This document shows positions 9,875 to 20,800 of a stretch of 64,000 bases of DNA, piece by piece. Origin of the DNA: Pseudomonadota bacterium. Lineage in GTDB: Bacteria; Myxococcota; JACRCW01; JAFGSX01. The position numbers were made by a program, and so were the translations under genes. The stretch is from contig JBDRCO010000068.1 of assembly GCA_043821645.1 (NCBI GenBank), positions 128,001-192,000 of the forward strand, given 5' to 3'. Every line of letters starts with the position of its first letter. Position 1 is the stretch's first letter. The notes under the pieces are model-generated. The model was not told where the DNA came from and did not search any database. It saw only the letters and a program-made list of their open reading frames with translations.

Positions 9875-12823
9875 TCAAGTCAGCGTCGTAGGACTGGGAG
9901 CACCTCCCAGACCGCTCCCGGTGGCGACCATGACGCGTGGGTCCGCCACGGCCAGCAGAGACAGGGCGTAGCGGCGGACCGTGACGTCGGCGTCTTCGAG
10001 CATGAGCTGACAGCAGCGGACGAACTGTCTGGGCTGCTGGAGCACCGACAGGGCGCGCACCGAGGTCTCTCGGATCACGGGATCCGGATCGCGCAGGCCG
10101 CTTTCGACCTGCGGGACGAAGTCGCGCAGCCCGGTCTCGCCGATGTCGTACAGCGCACACACCCGCAGCCAGGTGTCATCGGACTCCAGGAACGCTCCCA
10201 GCCACTCGGTGCGAGGCCGGCGCGCGATCTCGAAGGCATCCGCTCCGAAGCTGATCTTCTGTTCGGCCGACCCCTCGTCAAGGATGGGGAGGATCAGACG
10301 GCCAATTTCTTTGTCCAGGAGATTATCCAGCAGTTCCGCGGCGTTGGCGCGCACGATCTTGGAAGGAGAATGCAGGTTGCGGAACACCAGGTCGATGGTG
10401 CGCAGGGGATACAGGATGCTCAGGAAGCGGAAGATGCGGTCGAGGTTGCGATCCAGGCGCTCCCGCAGCGCATCGGAGAGCAGGTCCACCCCCGTGGGCA
10501 GGTCCAGCCCGCCGATGTCAGCCAGGGCTGCCATGGTCTGGTAATGGTCGCGAACCTCGTCGAGCAAGAAGGGTTTGACCTGGTGGGCTCCGACGTGGAT
10601 GTCCTGCAGCCGGTCGCGAAGTCGCGCCGCAGCTCGGGCGACCTCCCAGCGCAGGCCGCCGTCGCGTACACCGAGATTGCTCAACAGGATGTCCAGGCTG
10701 GCCCGGGATGCGATGGTCGCGAGAACGCGCGGGACCTGGCGGCGGATGACGATGTCCTCGTCGACGTGGGCCAGGACCTTGCCCAGCACTGGCAAGACCT
10801 CATCCCCGTAGCGCGTCAGCGCCAGCAGCGCGGCCCGGGCCGTGTCGCGCCGTGCCAGCTTGTAGATCAGCACCGGGATGAGTTCCGGGCTGCGCATCTC
10901 CGAGGCGGCGGCGATGGCCGCATTCTGCACGCTGCTGTCGCGATCCTGCATCAGGTCGAGCACCGGCTGGAAGAAGTTGCGCACGCGGATCTCACCCAGC
11001 ACCCAGGCGGCCTGGCGACGGACCAGCGGGCTCGAGTCGCGCAGCATCGCCTTGAACTCGTCGGCGCTGGACAGGATGCCGTCGAGACCTCCGTGGCGCA
11101 TCATGCCCGCCACCGCTGCGGCGCGCACCAGGGGGCTGGGATCCGCCAGGTAGCGGCGAACGGTGGGGATGGCGCGCTCGCCGGTGAGGGCGCAGAAGCT
11201 GCGGATGGCCTGGGCGCGCACATCGTCGTCGGTATCGGTAAAGCGATCGTGTACCAGGTCGAGATAGTGGATGGCCACGGCCTCGCCACCGGACAGCAGA
11301 CGCAACGCGGACTGACGGATCTGGGCTGTGCAGTGGGTCGTCAACTGGGCCACGTCGTGTAGCAGTTCGCCTCCGCGCACCCGGGGCACGAGTTCCAGGG
11401 CGTCCAGTACTTCACGGTCCCGGGAGGACCGCAGCGTCGAGCCCAGGAGCTCGATGGTGCGCTGGTCACTGATCTCGAAATTGGACTCCTCGAAGTTGAG
11501 GCGGCGCTTGCGCAGGTTGGCCATGAGCTGGCGCACGTACTCACGTTTGATGCCGACCACGAGTACGATCCAGGCTGCGATGAAACCCAGGGCCACCATG
11601 AACAGGCGCGACACGGGCATGTGCAGCTGGTTGATGACCACGACCAGCACGCCGCCCGCCAGGCCCATCGCCACCGGCTTGAGGATGCCGTCGATGAGCG
11701 CTTTCGCGCGGCCTCGGATCTCTGATGGCACGGCCGTGTAAAGGACCTGCATGGTCGCGTCATACAGGGAGTAGCGCAGGCTGTTCTCGCTCCCCTTGGC
11801 CAGGGTCGCGGCCCACAGGGCACCGGCGGTACTGAATCCCACCGCCGAGAAGCCAAACAGCGCGATGGGGAGCACCAGCAGGGCCACCACGACGCCGAAG
11901 CGTTCGAGGAGCCGGCGCGTCACGAAGAACTGGATCGCAGCGCCGAGCAAGCCTGTGTACAGGAAGAACTCGGAGAAGAAGGTCGTGAGCTCGTCGCCCC
12001 GGAAGTGGTCGCGGGCGATGGACTTGAACGCGAAGTCGATGAACTGGGTCGAGACGAAGGTGATGGCCGTGATGGCGGCCACGATCTGCAGGTGCTTGGA
12101 CTTGAACACCGTGCGCACGTCGTCGAGCATGCCGCCCACGGCGTGAATGGTGGTGGTGGTGCGGCGGGTGGTCAGGGCATCGACGATGCGGTCCCGCTGC
12201 TCGCGGCCAAGGAGCACCACGCAGATGATGCAGATGGCCAGCATTCCTGCCTGCAGCAGGATCAGGTTCTCGGTCCCGATGAGGGGCACCAGTCCGCGGA
12301 CGCCGCCGCCACACAGAGGATTGGCGAGCACACCGACCAGCACAATGAAGGGGAAGATGCGCTTGGCCTCGCGCGACGAGAACACGTCGGAGGCGAAGGT
12401 CCAGAACTGGATCATCAGAAAGGCGCCCAGCACCTCGATCCAGTTGTAGAAGACAAAATAGAACCAGCCGTAGCCCAGGCCTGCCAGCACCCGGGAGATC
12501 AGCAGGGACGAGAAGAGGATGCCCAGCACCACCAGGATCAAACGGTCCCGGCGGTAGCGATCGGCGATGCGGGTGTAGAAGAAGGCGGGCAGGGCGACCG
12601 CCGCGGCGACGGTCACGTAGTTGTAGGCGAGCAGCGACTTGTCGAAGCGCGACAGGAAAAGGGAGTCCCGGGTGATGCGCCCCATGATGAAGGCGCTGAC
12701 CGCAGCGAGCAAGTACAGCGCCATGAGCAAGGCACGGCGCTTCTCGACCGGCCGCACCTTGAACAGAGACCACAGTAACTTGTCGATGGTCGCGACGGGC
12801 ATTCCCACCCACCGTCCGCGCAT
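9875..12823 (-). CDS. NTT/TLC (Npt1/Npt2-like) MFS nucleotide transporter fused to HEAT repeats
   Basis: About 12 TM helices with RDSLFL, FWTFASDVFSSREAKRIFP and LRYSLYD motifs, followed by many DxxPxVRxAA HEAT repeats. The start could be 12802. Confidence 0.88.
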   Translation of the reverse strand: MRGRWVGMPVATIDKLLWSLFKVRPVEKRRALLMALYLLAAVSAFIMGRITRDSLFLSRFDKSLLAYNYVTVAAAVALPAFFYTRIADRYRRDRLILVVLGILFSSLLISRVLAGLGYGWFYFVFYNWIEVLGAFLMIQFWTFASDVFSSREAKRIFPFIVLVGVLANPLCGGGVRGLVPLIGTENLILLQAGMLAICIICVVLLGREQRDRIVDALTTRRTTTTIHAVGGMLDDVRTVFKSKHLQIVAAITAITFVSTQFIDFAFKSIARDHFRGDELTTFFSEFFLYTGLLGAAIQFFVTRRLLERFGVVVALLVLPIALFGFSAVGFSTAGALWAATLAKGSENSLRYSLYDATMQVLYTAVPSEIRGRAKALIDGILKPVAMGLAGGVLVVVINQLHMPVSRLFMVALGFIAAWIVLVVGIKREYVRQLMANLRKRRLNFEESNFEISDQRTIELLGSTLRSSRDREVLDALELVPRVRGGELLHDVAQLTTHCTAQIRQSALRLLSGGEAVAIHYLDLVHDRFTDTDDDVRAQAIRSFCALTGERAIPTVRRYLADPSPLVRAAAVAGMMRHGGLDGILSSADEFKAMLRDSSPLVRRQAAWVLGEIRVRNFFQPVLDLMQDRDSSVQNAAIAAASEMRSPELIPVLIYKLARRDTARAALLALTRYGDEVLPVLGKVLAHVDEDIVIRRQVPRVLATIASRASLDILLSNLGVRDGGLRWEVARAAARLRDRLQDIHVGAHQVKPFLLDEVRDHYQTMAALADIGGLDLPTGVDLLSDALRERLDRNLDRIFRFLSILYPLRTIDLVFRNLHSPSKIVRANAAELLDNLLDKEIGRLILPILDEGSAEQKISFGADAFEIARRPRTEWLGAFLESDDTWLRVCALYDIGETGLRDFVPQVESGLRDPDPVIRETSVRALSVLQQPRQFVRCCQLMLEDADVTVRRYALSLLAVADPRVMVATGSGLGGAPSPTTLT

Positions 12824-12971
12824 CTCGAGGACACGCGCTCCTGTCCTGGATCAGACCCCGGATCTTTACCATGTCTTCGCAGGGCGGGCACCCTCGTCGA
12901 TGCGGGCGTGAGTTGCGGGGCTGGCGGCGGAGTGCTAGAGGGTGTCCTTCGACGACAACAGGGGTATGCAG

Positions 12972-13838
12972 ATGTCGCGTGTCATTGCCGTGGCCAACCA
13001 GAAGGGTGGGGTGGGCAAGACGGTCACCGCCATCAATCTGGCTGCCGAGCTGGCTCGCATGGGCCGACGCACCTTGCTCATCGACCTCGATCCCCAGGGG
13101 CACTGTGGCATCGGCATGGGCATGGATATCGAGGCCGCGGAGCAGACGACCTACGAACTGTTGACCCGGCGGGAGGCGCAGATCGGAGACTGCGCCCGCA
13201 GCGTCGACTTCGATGAGGTTCGTGGCTTTCTGGACTTCATCCCTGCCAACCTCAAGCTCAGCCTGGCCGAGCGAGAGCTGGAGCGGGTGTACTCCCTGCC
13301 GAATCTGGTGCTGGCCAAGAAGCTCAAGGAGGTGCGCGCGGAGTACGATGAGATCGTCCTCGATTGTCCTCCCGCCCTGAGCAAGCTGACCCTCAATGCC
13401 TTCCTGGCTTCGAACCTGATCATCATCCCCATCTCGGTGAGCTACTTCAGCATCCAGGGCGTGCGCATGCTGGCCGAGACCCTGCGCGACATCTTCGAGG
13501 AGACGGGTCTGGACTACGAGATCCGCTGCCTGATCACGCGCTACCGCGATCGCCAGAGCGTGTCGCGCGAGGTGCACGAGGCGGCGCAGGAGCTGTTCGG
13601 GGACTACTGCTTTGACACCCTGATCCGGGACAGCGTCGAGGTCGAGAAGTCCGTCGGGGCGCAGCGACCGCTCTACCTGTACCGCCGCACCTGCGGTCCG
13701 GCCCGGGACTACCTGCATCTGGCCGAGGAGATCGTGGACCTGGGCAAGGTGGACACGACACGACCCCAGAAGACAGGTGACGACGAGGATTCCGAGCAAG
13801 AGCTCCCGCAGGCGCCGGAGATCAGCGCGGTGATGTGA
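12972..13838 (+). CDS. ParA/Soj family ATPase (no parB adjacent)
   Basis: Deviant Walker A NQKGGVGKT, IDLDPQG, DCPP motifs; acidic C-terminal tail. Confidence 0.92.
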   Translation: MSRVIAVANQKGGVGKTVTAINLAAELARMGRRTLLIDLDPQGHCGIGMGMDIEAAEQTTYELLTRREAQIGDCARSVDFDEVRGFLDFIPANLKLSLAERELERVYSLPNLVLAKKLKEVRAEYDEIVLDCPPALSKLTLNAFLASNLIIIPISVSYFSIQGVRMLAETLRDIFEETGLDYEIRCLITRYRDRQSVSREVHEAAQELFGDYCFDTLIRDSVEVEKSVGAQRPLYLYRRTCGPARDYLHLAEEIVDLGKVDTTRPQKTGDDEDSEQELPQAPEISAVM

Positions 13839-13865
13839 GGCAGCCCAGGCAAGCAGAGGTCATCC

Positions 13866-14570
13866 GTGGCGGCGAAGCGAAGCAAGAAAAGCAAGACCAA
13901 GGATCCGGCCAGCGAGGGTGAGCGTCGCAGCAGCGCGCCTTCGGTGATGGGTTTTCTCAAGCGGGTCGGCGGCATGCCGCGGGTTGGCCACACACCCGCC
14001 AAGGGCATGCTCGGTGAGATCTCCAAGGAGGACCTCATCGAGGCAGGTCGCCTGGGTGCGGGCCCCCTGGAGCCCCGACCGGAGCTCGAGAGCGCGGCCA
14101 CGGTCGAGGCCGAGCTGAGCGAACCCGCCGGACGCTGGGAACACCTTGAAGACGTGGTGCTCGAGGACACCGCAGCGGTGAGCCGGCTCCGGCTGGCACG
14201 GCAGGTGGGAGCCCGGGCCAACCGCGGAGATCCGAACGCCCGCCGCGAGGAGCGGATTCCTGCCCGTCTGCGGGTCGAGTACCGGCGCGCCGGCAAGGTC
14301 GAGGTGGATCTCGCCGGCAACATCTCGACCGGTGGAGCCTTCGTGCGCACGGCCAACCCGCTGCAGGTGGGCGATCCGCTCCTGCTCAGCTTCGACGTCC
14401 CGGATCGCCGCTTGCCCCTGCAAGTCGCTGCCCGCGTCAAGTGGGTGACGCCCTTCGGCGACATCAACAACGCGCTGGCCGGGATGGGCGTCGAGTTCGT
14501 CGCTCTCGACGACGACAAGCGTCAGGCTCTGCAGTCTCTGGTCCGGCTGTCCACGGAGGTTCGCCCGTGA
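13866..14570 (+). CDS. PilZ-domain protein (myxobacterial TIGR02266-like)
   Basis: RREER (RxxxR), NISTGGAFVRT, VKWV..., GMGVEF. Confidence 0.88.
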   Translation: MAAKRSKKSKTKDPASEGERRSSAPSVMGFLKRVGGMPRVGHTPAKGMLGEISKEDLIEAGRLGAGPLEPRPELESAATVEAELSEPAGRWEHLEDVVLEDTAAVSRLRLARQVGARANRGDPNARREERIPARLRVEYRRAGKVEVDLAGNISTGGAFVRTANPLQVGDPLLLSFDVPDRRLPLQVAARVKWVTPFGDINNALAGMGVEFVALDDDKRQALQSLVRLSTEVRP

Positions 14571-14950
14571 GCGATCCCCGGCACCCCGACGACGGTGAGC
14601 CGGGGGACCTCCCCGAGCAGACGGAGGCATCCAGCCCTCTGGACCCGAAGGCTGCCGATCCAGCACCAGGATTGGTCCGCCCGGCCAGCGAGGGTCCCGC
14701 CGATATCATCGAGGCCATGAAGTATCAGCAGGTGGTGGTGCGGGCGAACGCCATCACCTACCAGGGCATGTTGCTGGGTGCGGATGAGGAAGAGGTCTAC
14801 CTCAAGACCAACACCCGCTATGTCACGGTGCGCATGGATCGCATCACCAAGATCAGCCTGGCCGGCAGCCGGGACGGCCTGAATCCTCTCAAACAGGTCG
14901 ATCCGGCCTTCTATTCCGTCGACGACATCGAACCGACCGACGCGGACTGA
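14567..14950 (+). CDS. Small hypothetical protein with possible Sm/Hfq-like beta-barrel core
   Basis: GGAGG plus GTG overlapping the upstream TGA; core VVVRANAITYQGMLLGADEEEVYLK...VTVRMDRITKI. Confidence 0.6.
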   Translation: MSDPRHPDDGEPGDLPEQTEASSPLDPKAADPAPGLVRPASEGPADIIEAMKYQQVVVRANAITYQGMLLGADEEEVYLKTNTRYVTVRMDRITKISLAGSRDGLNPLKQVDPAFYSVDDIEPTDAD

Positions 14951-14962
14951 GTCGCACACCTC

Positions 14963-16336
14963 ATGCCCCGCCACACAACCGGATCCGGTGCTCGTGGTGC
15001 CGTCGTCACCGTCGACGATCTGGCGCATGGTGGCGACGGTGTGGCCAGGCTCGAAGGTCAGGTCTACTTCGTCCGTGGAGCGCTGCCAGGGGATCGCGTC
15101 ACCCTGCGCGAGGTGCAGCAACGCCGCCGGCATGCCCTGGCGGAGGTCAGCTCCCTGGTCGAGGCGTCGCCCTTGCGCGTGCCTGCGACCTGCACCCACC
15201 ACCCGGCCTGCGGCGGCTGTCCCTGGCATGAATTGCAGGACACGGCCCAGCTCGAGGCCAAGATCCGGATCGTGGCCGAGACGCTACGCCGGCTGGCTCG
15301 CCTCGACATCGAGAAGCTACCGCCGCTGGAAATCGCCCCCGGTGATCACCAGATCGTTGATGGACTGATTCGCTGTGTGCGCGCAGGACAGGGAGAGGGT
15401 TATCGGATCCGGGCCCGGCTCCACCTGGAACGGCGAGGTGACCACACCCGGGCAGGCTACCGAGCTGCGCGCAGCCACCACGTGATAGACGTGGAGCATT
15501 GTCTCGTTCTCCACCCGTCTCTGGCTCCCTCCGTGTCCATGGCACTGCAGCGCGCACGCGACGAGGGCTGGCCACGCGGCGAGCTCCACGTGGCCCTGGG
15601 GCTACAGCCACTGCACACCTCGGCCGTGCTGCGCAGCGCCGAGCGACCGCACGATCCGGAGGTCCTGGCGCGGGCATTGACGGACTGCGGCTTCGTGGGT
15701 GCGCAGATTCTGTGCCGTCGCGACGACGAGGTCCTGGCGGCCCAAGGAGAGATCGCCCTTGGTGGTGTCATCGCCCCGGAAGCCCCGGGGGGGCCCTTCG
15801 GGCATGACCCGTGGACCTTCACCCAGCCGCAGCACGCAGGCAACAGGCTGCTCATCGAGGCCGTGCAGCTCGCCTGTGATCCTGCGCCGGGTGTGCACAT
15901 CCTCGAGCTGCATGCCGGAGCCGGCAACCTGAGCCTTGGTCTGGCGGGTCGCGGCGCCACGCTGCGCAGCGTCGAGAACGCGCCGCATGCCCTGCACTGG
16001 TTGCGCGCCAACGTGCAGCGCGCGGGAGCCGCCGATCGCATCGAGGTGCTGGCTGCTGACGTCGAGACCCTCCCGCTGCAGGAACTCGCCGCAGGTGCAG
16101 AACCGGACGTCCTGCTGCTGGATCCACCGCGCACCGGTTTTTCGCGCCTGTCCGAGCTGGTGCAGCAGCTTCGCCCCGCGCGCGTCGTCTATGTCTCGTG
16201 TGACCCCGCCACCCTGGCCCGGGACCTGCGCCCCCTGGGCGACCTTGGCTATGCGCCGGCGCGGATCCTCCTCATCGACCTCATGCCCGGGTCGTGGCAC
16301 GTGGAGACCGTGCTGTTGCTGCAGCGCACGGTCTGA
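14963..16336 (+). CDS. rlmD: RlmD/TrmA family RNA (uracil-C5)-methyltransferase with TRAM domain
   Basis: TRAM (DDLAHGGDGVAR...FVRGALPGD), CxHxxxCGGC, LDPPRTG, YVSCDPATLARDL, HVET. Confidence 0.85.
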   Translation: MPRHTTGSGARGAVVTVDDLAHGGDGVARLEGQVYFVRGALPGDRVTLREVQQRRRHALAEVSSLVEASPLRVPATCTHHPACGGCPWHELQDTAQLEAKIRIVAETLRRLARLDIEKLPPLEIAPGDHQIVDGLIRCVRAGQGEGYRIRARLHLERRGDHTRAGYRAARSHHVIDVEHCLVLHPSLAPSVSMALQRARDEGWPRGELHVALGLQPLHTSAVLRSAERPHDPEVLARALTDCGFVGAQILCRRDDEVLAAQGEIALGGVIAPEAPGGPFGHDPWTFTQPQHAGNRLLIEAVQLACDPAPGVHILELHAGAGNLSLGLAGRGATLRSVENAPHALHWLRANVQRAGAADRIEVLAADVETLPLQELAAGAEPDVLLLDPPRTGFSRLSELVQQLRPARVVYVSCDPATLARDLRPLGDLGYAPARILLIDLMPGSWHVETVLLLQRTV

Positions 16337-16518
16337 ACCCGTCTGCGACAGCGCTGTCCGGATTCCGGACGGTTCGAGTCTTGTGATGCCCCGCACACAT
16401 CCCGCACCTCGGGCGCGGTAAATACCCGGCCCACCACTCGCGTCTCAGCGCCAGGAACCCCCACGAGCAACCTGGCAGGGCTCGTGCAAATCAGGGTTCC
16501 ACATGCTGGGAGGAAGAC

Positions 16519-17619
16519 ATGCAAGGCAAGAAGGTTCTGCTGGTGTCCGGAATGGCGCTGTGGCTGGCTGCCACGTCCTGCATCCTGCTGGTGGTCGACG
16601 ACGAGCATTCGCGCACCCGTGAGTATGCTTACACCTGCCTGGGGGCCACCTGCAGGACCTGCGTGCGCGACGCCGACTGCGGTGGGCTCGAGCTCTGTCT
16701 CTCCAATGGCTGCGAGCCTGGCAATGGCGATGTGGACAGAGACGGTCTCTCCAATGGCGACGAACGGCGCTGCGGTACCGACCCCGAGAACGGTGACAGT
16801 GATGGGGATGGCATCGCGGATGGCGACGAGGACATGGACGGTGACGGCCTCAGCAACGCGAGCGAAGTGGCCGCGGGAAGCAACCCCCAGGAGCTGGACA
16901 GTGACGGCGATGGTACACCGGATGGCGACGAGGACAGCGACGGCGATGGCCTGTGCGATCAGGTCGAGCAGGAGCTCGGCTCGGATGCCACACAGCAGGA
17001 CAGCGACCGCGACGGCGTGCTGGATGGTGACGAGGACGCCGACGGCGACGGCTTTGGCAATCTCGATGAGCTTTCCCAGGGCACGGATCCCATGAATCCC
17101 GAGGATCACCCCGCAGACCTGAGCGATCCCACCGGGGACGCGGACCTGGACGGCCTGGCCAATGGTGAGGAACTGAGTTGCGGCACCGACCCGCTCGACG
17201 GGGACAGCGACGGCGATGGTATCCTCGATGGCCAGGACGACCAGGATGACGATGGCCTGGCCAATGCTGACGAGGCGGCCCATGGCTGCGCGTGCCAGGA
17301 CGCGGACAGTGATGGCGACGGGCGAGGGGATGGCGAGGAGGTGGCTGCAGGCAGCGACCCGACTGTCGCCGACGCGACCGCAGGCGCCGATGCGGGAACC
17401 GAGGACGCGGCACGCAGCACCGGGTCCGACGACGATCTTGGCGCGATCCCGGGTGAGACCTGCGCCACCGACGAGAACTGCGCACCGCCCGTGAATCACC
17501 AGCTGCAGTGCGAGCTGGATGGCTGCTGCTGTCGTGGGGGCGGTGCTTTCGGCTCCGGCTCTGCAGCGCTGGCTCTCGGCCTCGGACTGCTGGTGACGCT
17601 GCGCCGTCGTCGGGGTTGA
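16519..17619 (+). CDS. Asp-rich Ca-binding (TSP3-like) repeat surface protein with MYXO-CTERM-like tail
   Basis: ~33-aa repeats DGDGLSNxxExxxG(T/S)DPxxxDSDGDGxxDGDED; C-terminal GCCC + hydrophobic helix + RRRR; GGAGG RBS. Confidence 0.85.
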   Translation: MQGKKVLLVSGMALWLAATSCILLVVDDEHSRTREYAYTCLGATCRTCVRDADCGGLELCLSNGCEPGNGDVDRDGLSNGDERRCGTDPENGDSDGDGIADGDEDMDGDGLSNASEVAAGSNPQELDSDGDGTPDGDEDSDGDGLCDQVEQELGSDATQQDSDRDGVLDGDEDADGDGFGNLDELSQGTDPMNPEDHPADLSDPTGDADLDGLANGEELSCGTDPLDGDSDGDGILDGQDDQDDDGLANADEAAHGCACQDADSDGDGRGDGEEVAAGSDPTVADATAGADAGTEDAARSTGSDDDLGAIPGETCATDENCAPPVNHQLQCELDGCCCRGGGAFGSGSAALALGLGLLVTLRRRRG

Positions 17620-17864
17620 GCACTGGACCGACCTGTCCCTGGCCCTGCCGGACGGCCCCCGCTGCCCGAAGCCATTCCGCGCCGTCCGTCACGAAAACGC
17701 TCCATTGCCAATAACGCAACGCATCCAGAGGTGGCCTCCACCGCATGGCGGGCGTAAACTGGCGCGCATTCTTGCGCACGGATCGTGTGGTCGGGCCCTA
17801 GTCCGCTGGCTTTCTCCGCCAGGCCCCTGCAGTGGTGAATCCTGTGCGCGTTCCGAGGTTGTCC

Positions 17865-20800
17865 ATGTCCTGGGTGCTCAAGCTTCTGCCTTTTCTGCGC
17901 TGGTTCAAGGGGTACAGCGGGTCCACGCTCCGTGCCGACCTGATCGCAGGCATCACCGTGGCCCTGGTGCTGGTGCCGCAGTCCATGGCCTATGCGCAGC
18001 TCGCGGGCATGCCTCCGTACTACGGCCTGTATGCCGCCTTCCTGCCAGGCATCGTGGCCAGCCTGTTCGGGTCGAGCCGTCAACTCGCCACCGGTCCCGT
18101 GGCCGTGGTCTCGCTGATGACCGCGGCGGCCCTCGAACCTCTGGCCAGCGCAGGCAGTGAAGCCTTCGTGGGCTACGCACTGTTTCTCTCGCTGCTGGTG
18201 GGCCTGTTTCAGGTCGCCCTGGGTGTGCTGCGCCTTGGACTGGTGGTCAACTTCCTGTCCCATCCCGTCGTCAATGGATTCACCAACGCAGCAGCGCTGA
18301 TCATCGCCACCTCGCAGCTGTCCAAGCTGTTCGGCGTCTCCGTCGCCAAGGCGCACCTGCACCTGGTGACCGTGGCGCGCGTGCTGGTGGCGGGGGTGCA
18401 GGAGGCACACCTGCCCACCGTGGGCATGGCCGTACTCGCCTTCGCCACGATGATCCTGCTGCGCAAGCTGCAGCCCCGCATCCCCAACGTGCTCGTCGCC
18501 GTCGTGGTGGCCACACTTCTGGCCTGGGCCGTGGGCTTCGAGCAGAAGCAGACCGTGGACCTGAGTCAGATCCAGGCACCCGAGGTCGTGGCGCTGGTTG
18601 ACCGCTACAACGAGGAACAGTCCGTCAAGGAACGCTTCGAGGCGGTGCGGGCTCACGGCCGCAAGGGCTGGGATCCATCGTCGGCCGAGGGCGAGAAGGC
18701 CTGCACCGCTTGTCATGGCGAGCGCGACCCGGCGACCTTCACCGACCAGGCCAAGGGCCCCGTCGACGGTGCCATGGTGAACGCGTTTGCTCTGCATGAG
18801 CTGGCAGGCGTGCTCGAGGCACGCAGCCAGGCGCACCGCCATGGTCTGGGCTCGCTGCGGACGGACCTCACCAGGACCAATCTGGTGCCCGTCCGGGGCG
18901 CCGACGGCAGGCTCGTGTTCGTGGCCCCGGGTCAGGTTCCACCAGGCGTCACCCCGGAAAAGGGTCGCTGGCACCTGCGCGTGAGCACCGGCCCGCTCGA
19001 CACCTCGGCCCTGGTGCTGTCTGGAGGGGGCTCGGTGGTGGGCGCCATTCCCCGGGGCCTGCCGACCCTGCGTGCGCCCTCGATGAACTGGTCCATCCTG
19101 GGCAAGCTCCTGGCGGCCGCCATCATCATCTCGCTGCTTGGCTTCATGGAAGCCATCTCCATCGCCAAGGCCATGGCGGCGCGCACCAGGCAGCACCTCG
19201 ACGCCAACCAGGAACTGGTGGGGCAGGGCCTGGCCAACCTGGTGGGCGCGTTCACCCAGGGCTACCCGGTATCGGGTTCGTTCTCGCGCACCGCGGTCAA
19301 CTACCAGGCCGGTGGACAGACCGGACTGTCCAACGTAGTGGCCGGCGCCATGGTGGGTGTGGTCCTGCTGTTCCTGTCGGGCGCGCTGTACCACCTGCCG
19401 GACGCCGTGCTGGCCGCCATCATCGTCATGGCCGTGGCCGGGCTGATCAACGTCAAGGGTTTCGTCCACGCCTGGCGCACCAGCCGGCTCGACGGTGCGA
19501 TCTCCATCATCACCTTCGGCGTGACCCTGGGCCTGGCTCCGGAACTGGAGTGGGGCATTGCCACCGGCGTGTCCCTGTCGCTCATCGCCTACCTCTATCG
19601 TTCCATGCGACCCGAGGTGGTCGAGCTGGTTCCCGACGAGCAGGGAGTCATGCGCGACGTGCGACGCCACGAGCTCACGCGCTGCAAGCACCTGGCAGTG
19701 GTGGGCTTCGAGGGACCGCTCAACTTCGCCAGCGTCAGCTATCTCGAGGAGACCCTGCTGCACCTGGTGGCGGATTACACGGGGCTCAAGCACCTGGTGA
19801 TCAAGGGCGACGGCATCAGCGAGATCGATGCCTCGGGCGAGGAGACCCTGCGCCACGTGGTCGAGAATCTGCGCACCGCCGGCACCGCCGTCAGTTTCTC
19901 GGGCTGGCCCGAGGGCATCGTCGACGTGCTCCGGCGCTCGGGTCTGCACCAGGAGATCGGCGCTGGCCATTTCTTTCACACCCGGGCCGAGGCTCTGAGC
20001 GCGATCTACGCGGATGTGCACGAGGGCACCGGCGAGACCGACTGTCCGTTCCGACGCGCCATGCCACCGCTCGTCGAGCTGTCCATGCATCCCGACGGCA
20101 CCTTGCGGGATGCCCTTCGTCACAAGCTCCCACGCTGCCGGCACATCGCGGCGCTGCGCTTCGATGCGGACCTGACCTTTGCCAACACCGCATACCTCGA
20201 GGAGGAAACGCGCGCGCGCATCGCCGACCGCAGCAACCTGCGCCACTTGGTCCTGGTCGCCCACGGTGTCGCCAGCATGGATACCTCAGCGGCCAAGCGC
20301 CTGCTGGGCATGATCGAAAAGCTGCATGGCGAGGGCATCGAGGTCTCGCTCAGCGGTCTCAAGGACGAGGTACTCGACATCCTGTCCAGGGACGGCGGGT
20401 TGACCTCTCTTGGCCGCGACCACCTGTATCCCACCCAGGCCGCAGCGATCGCCGGCGTGTACGCCAGAGCCCACGCGGGCTCGTCCGAGGAGGAGTGCCC
20501 CTTCTCGGAGTTCGCGCCGAGGTTGCGCGAGCTGTCCCTGTACTCGGACGGTGCCCTGCGCGAAGCCGACCAGTACCACCTGCGAACCTGCCAGGTCATT
20601 GCCGTGCTGCGCTTTGATGGCTCCCTGCTGCTCGGCAATCCGCGGGCGCTGACGTCGGAGTTTATTGCCTGGGCCAAGACGCGAATCTCCGTCAACACCG
20701 TGCTGTTCACAGCCCAGGCGCTGACCAAGATCGACGACAGCTCGGCCCGCAACCTGCTCGGGCTGGTCGAGGCGGTGCGCGAGGCGGGTTTCCGGGTCGC

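Noticed and set aside
17760-17775. Possible sigma-54 promoter TGGCGCGCATTCTTGC upstream of the SulP gene
   Set aside because: GG-to-GC spacing is 11 nt rather than the required 10.
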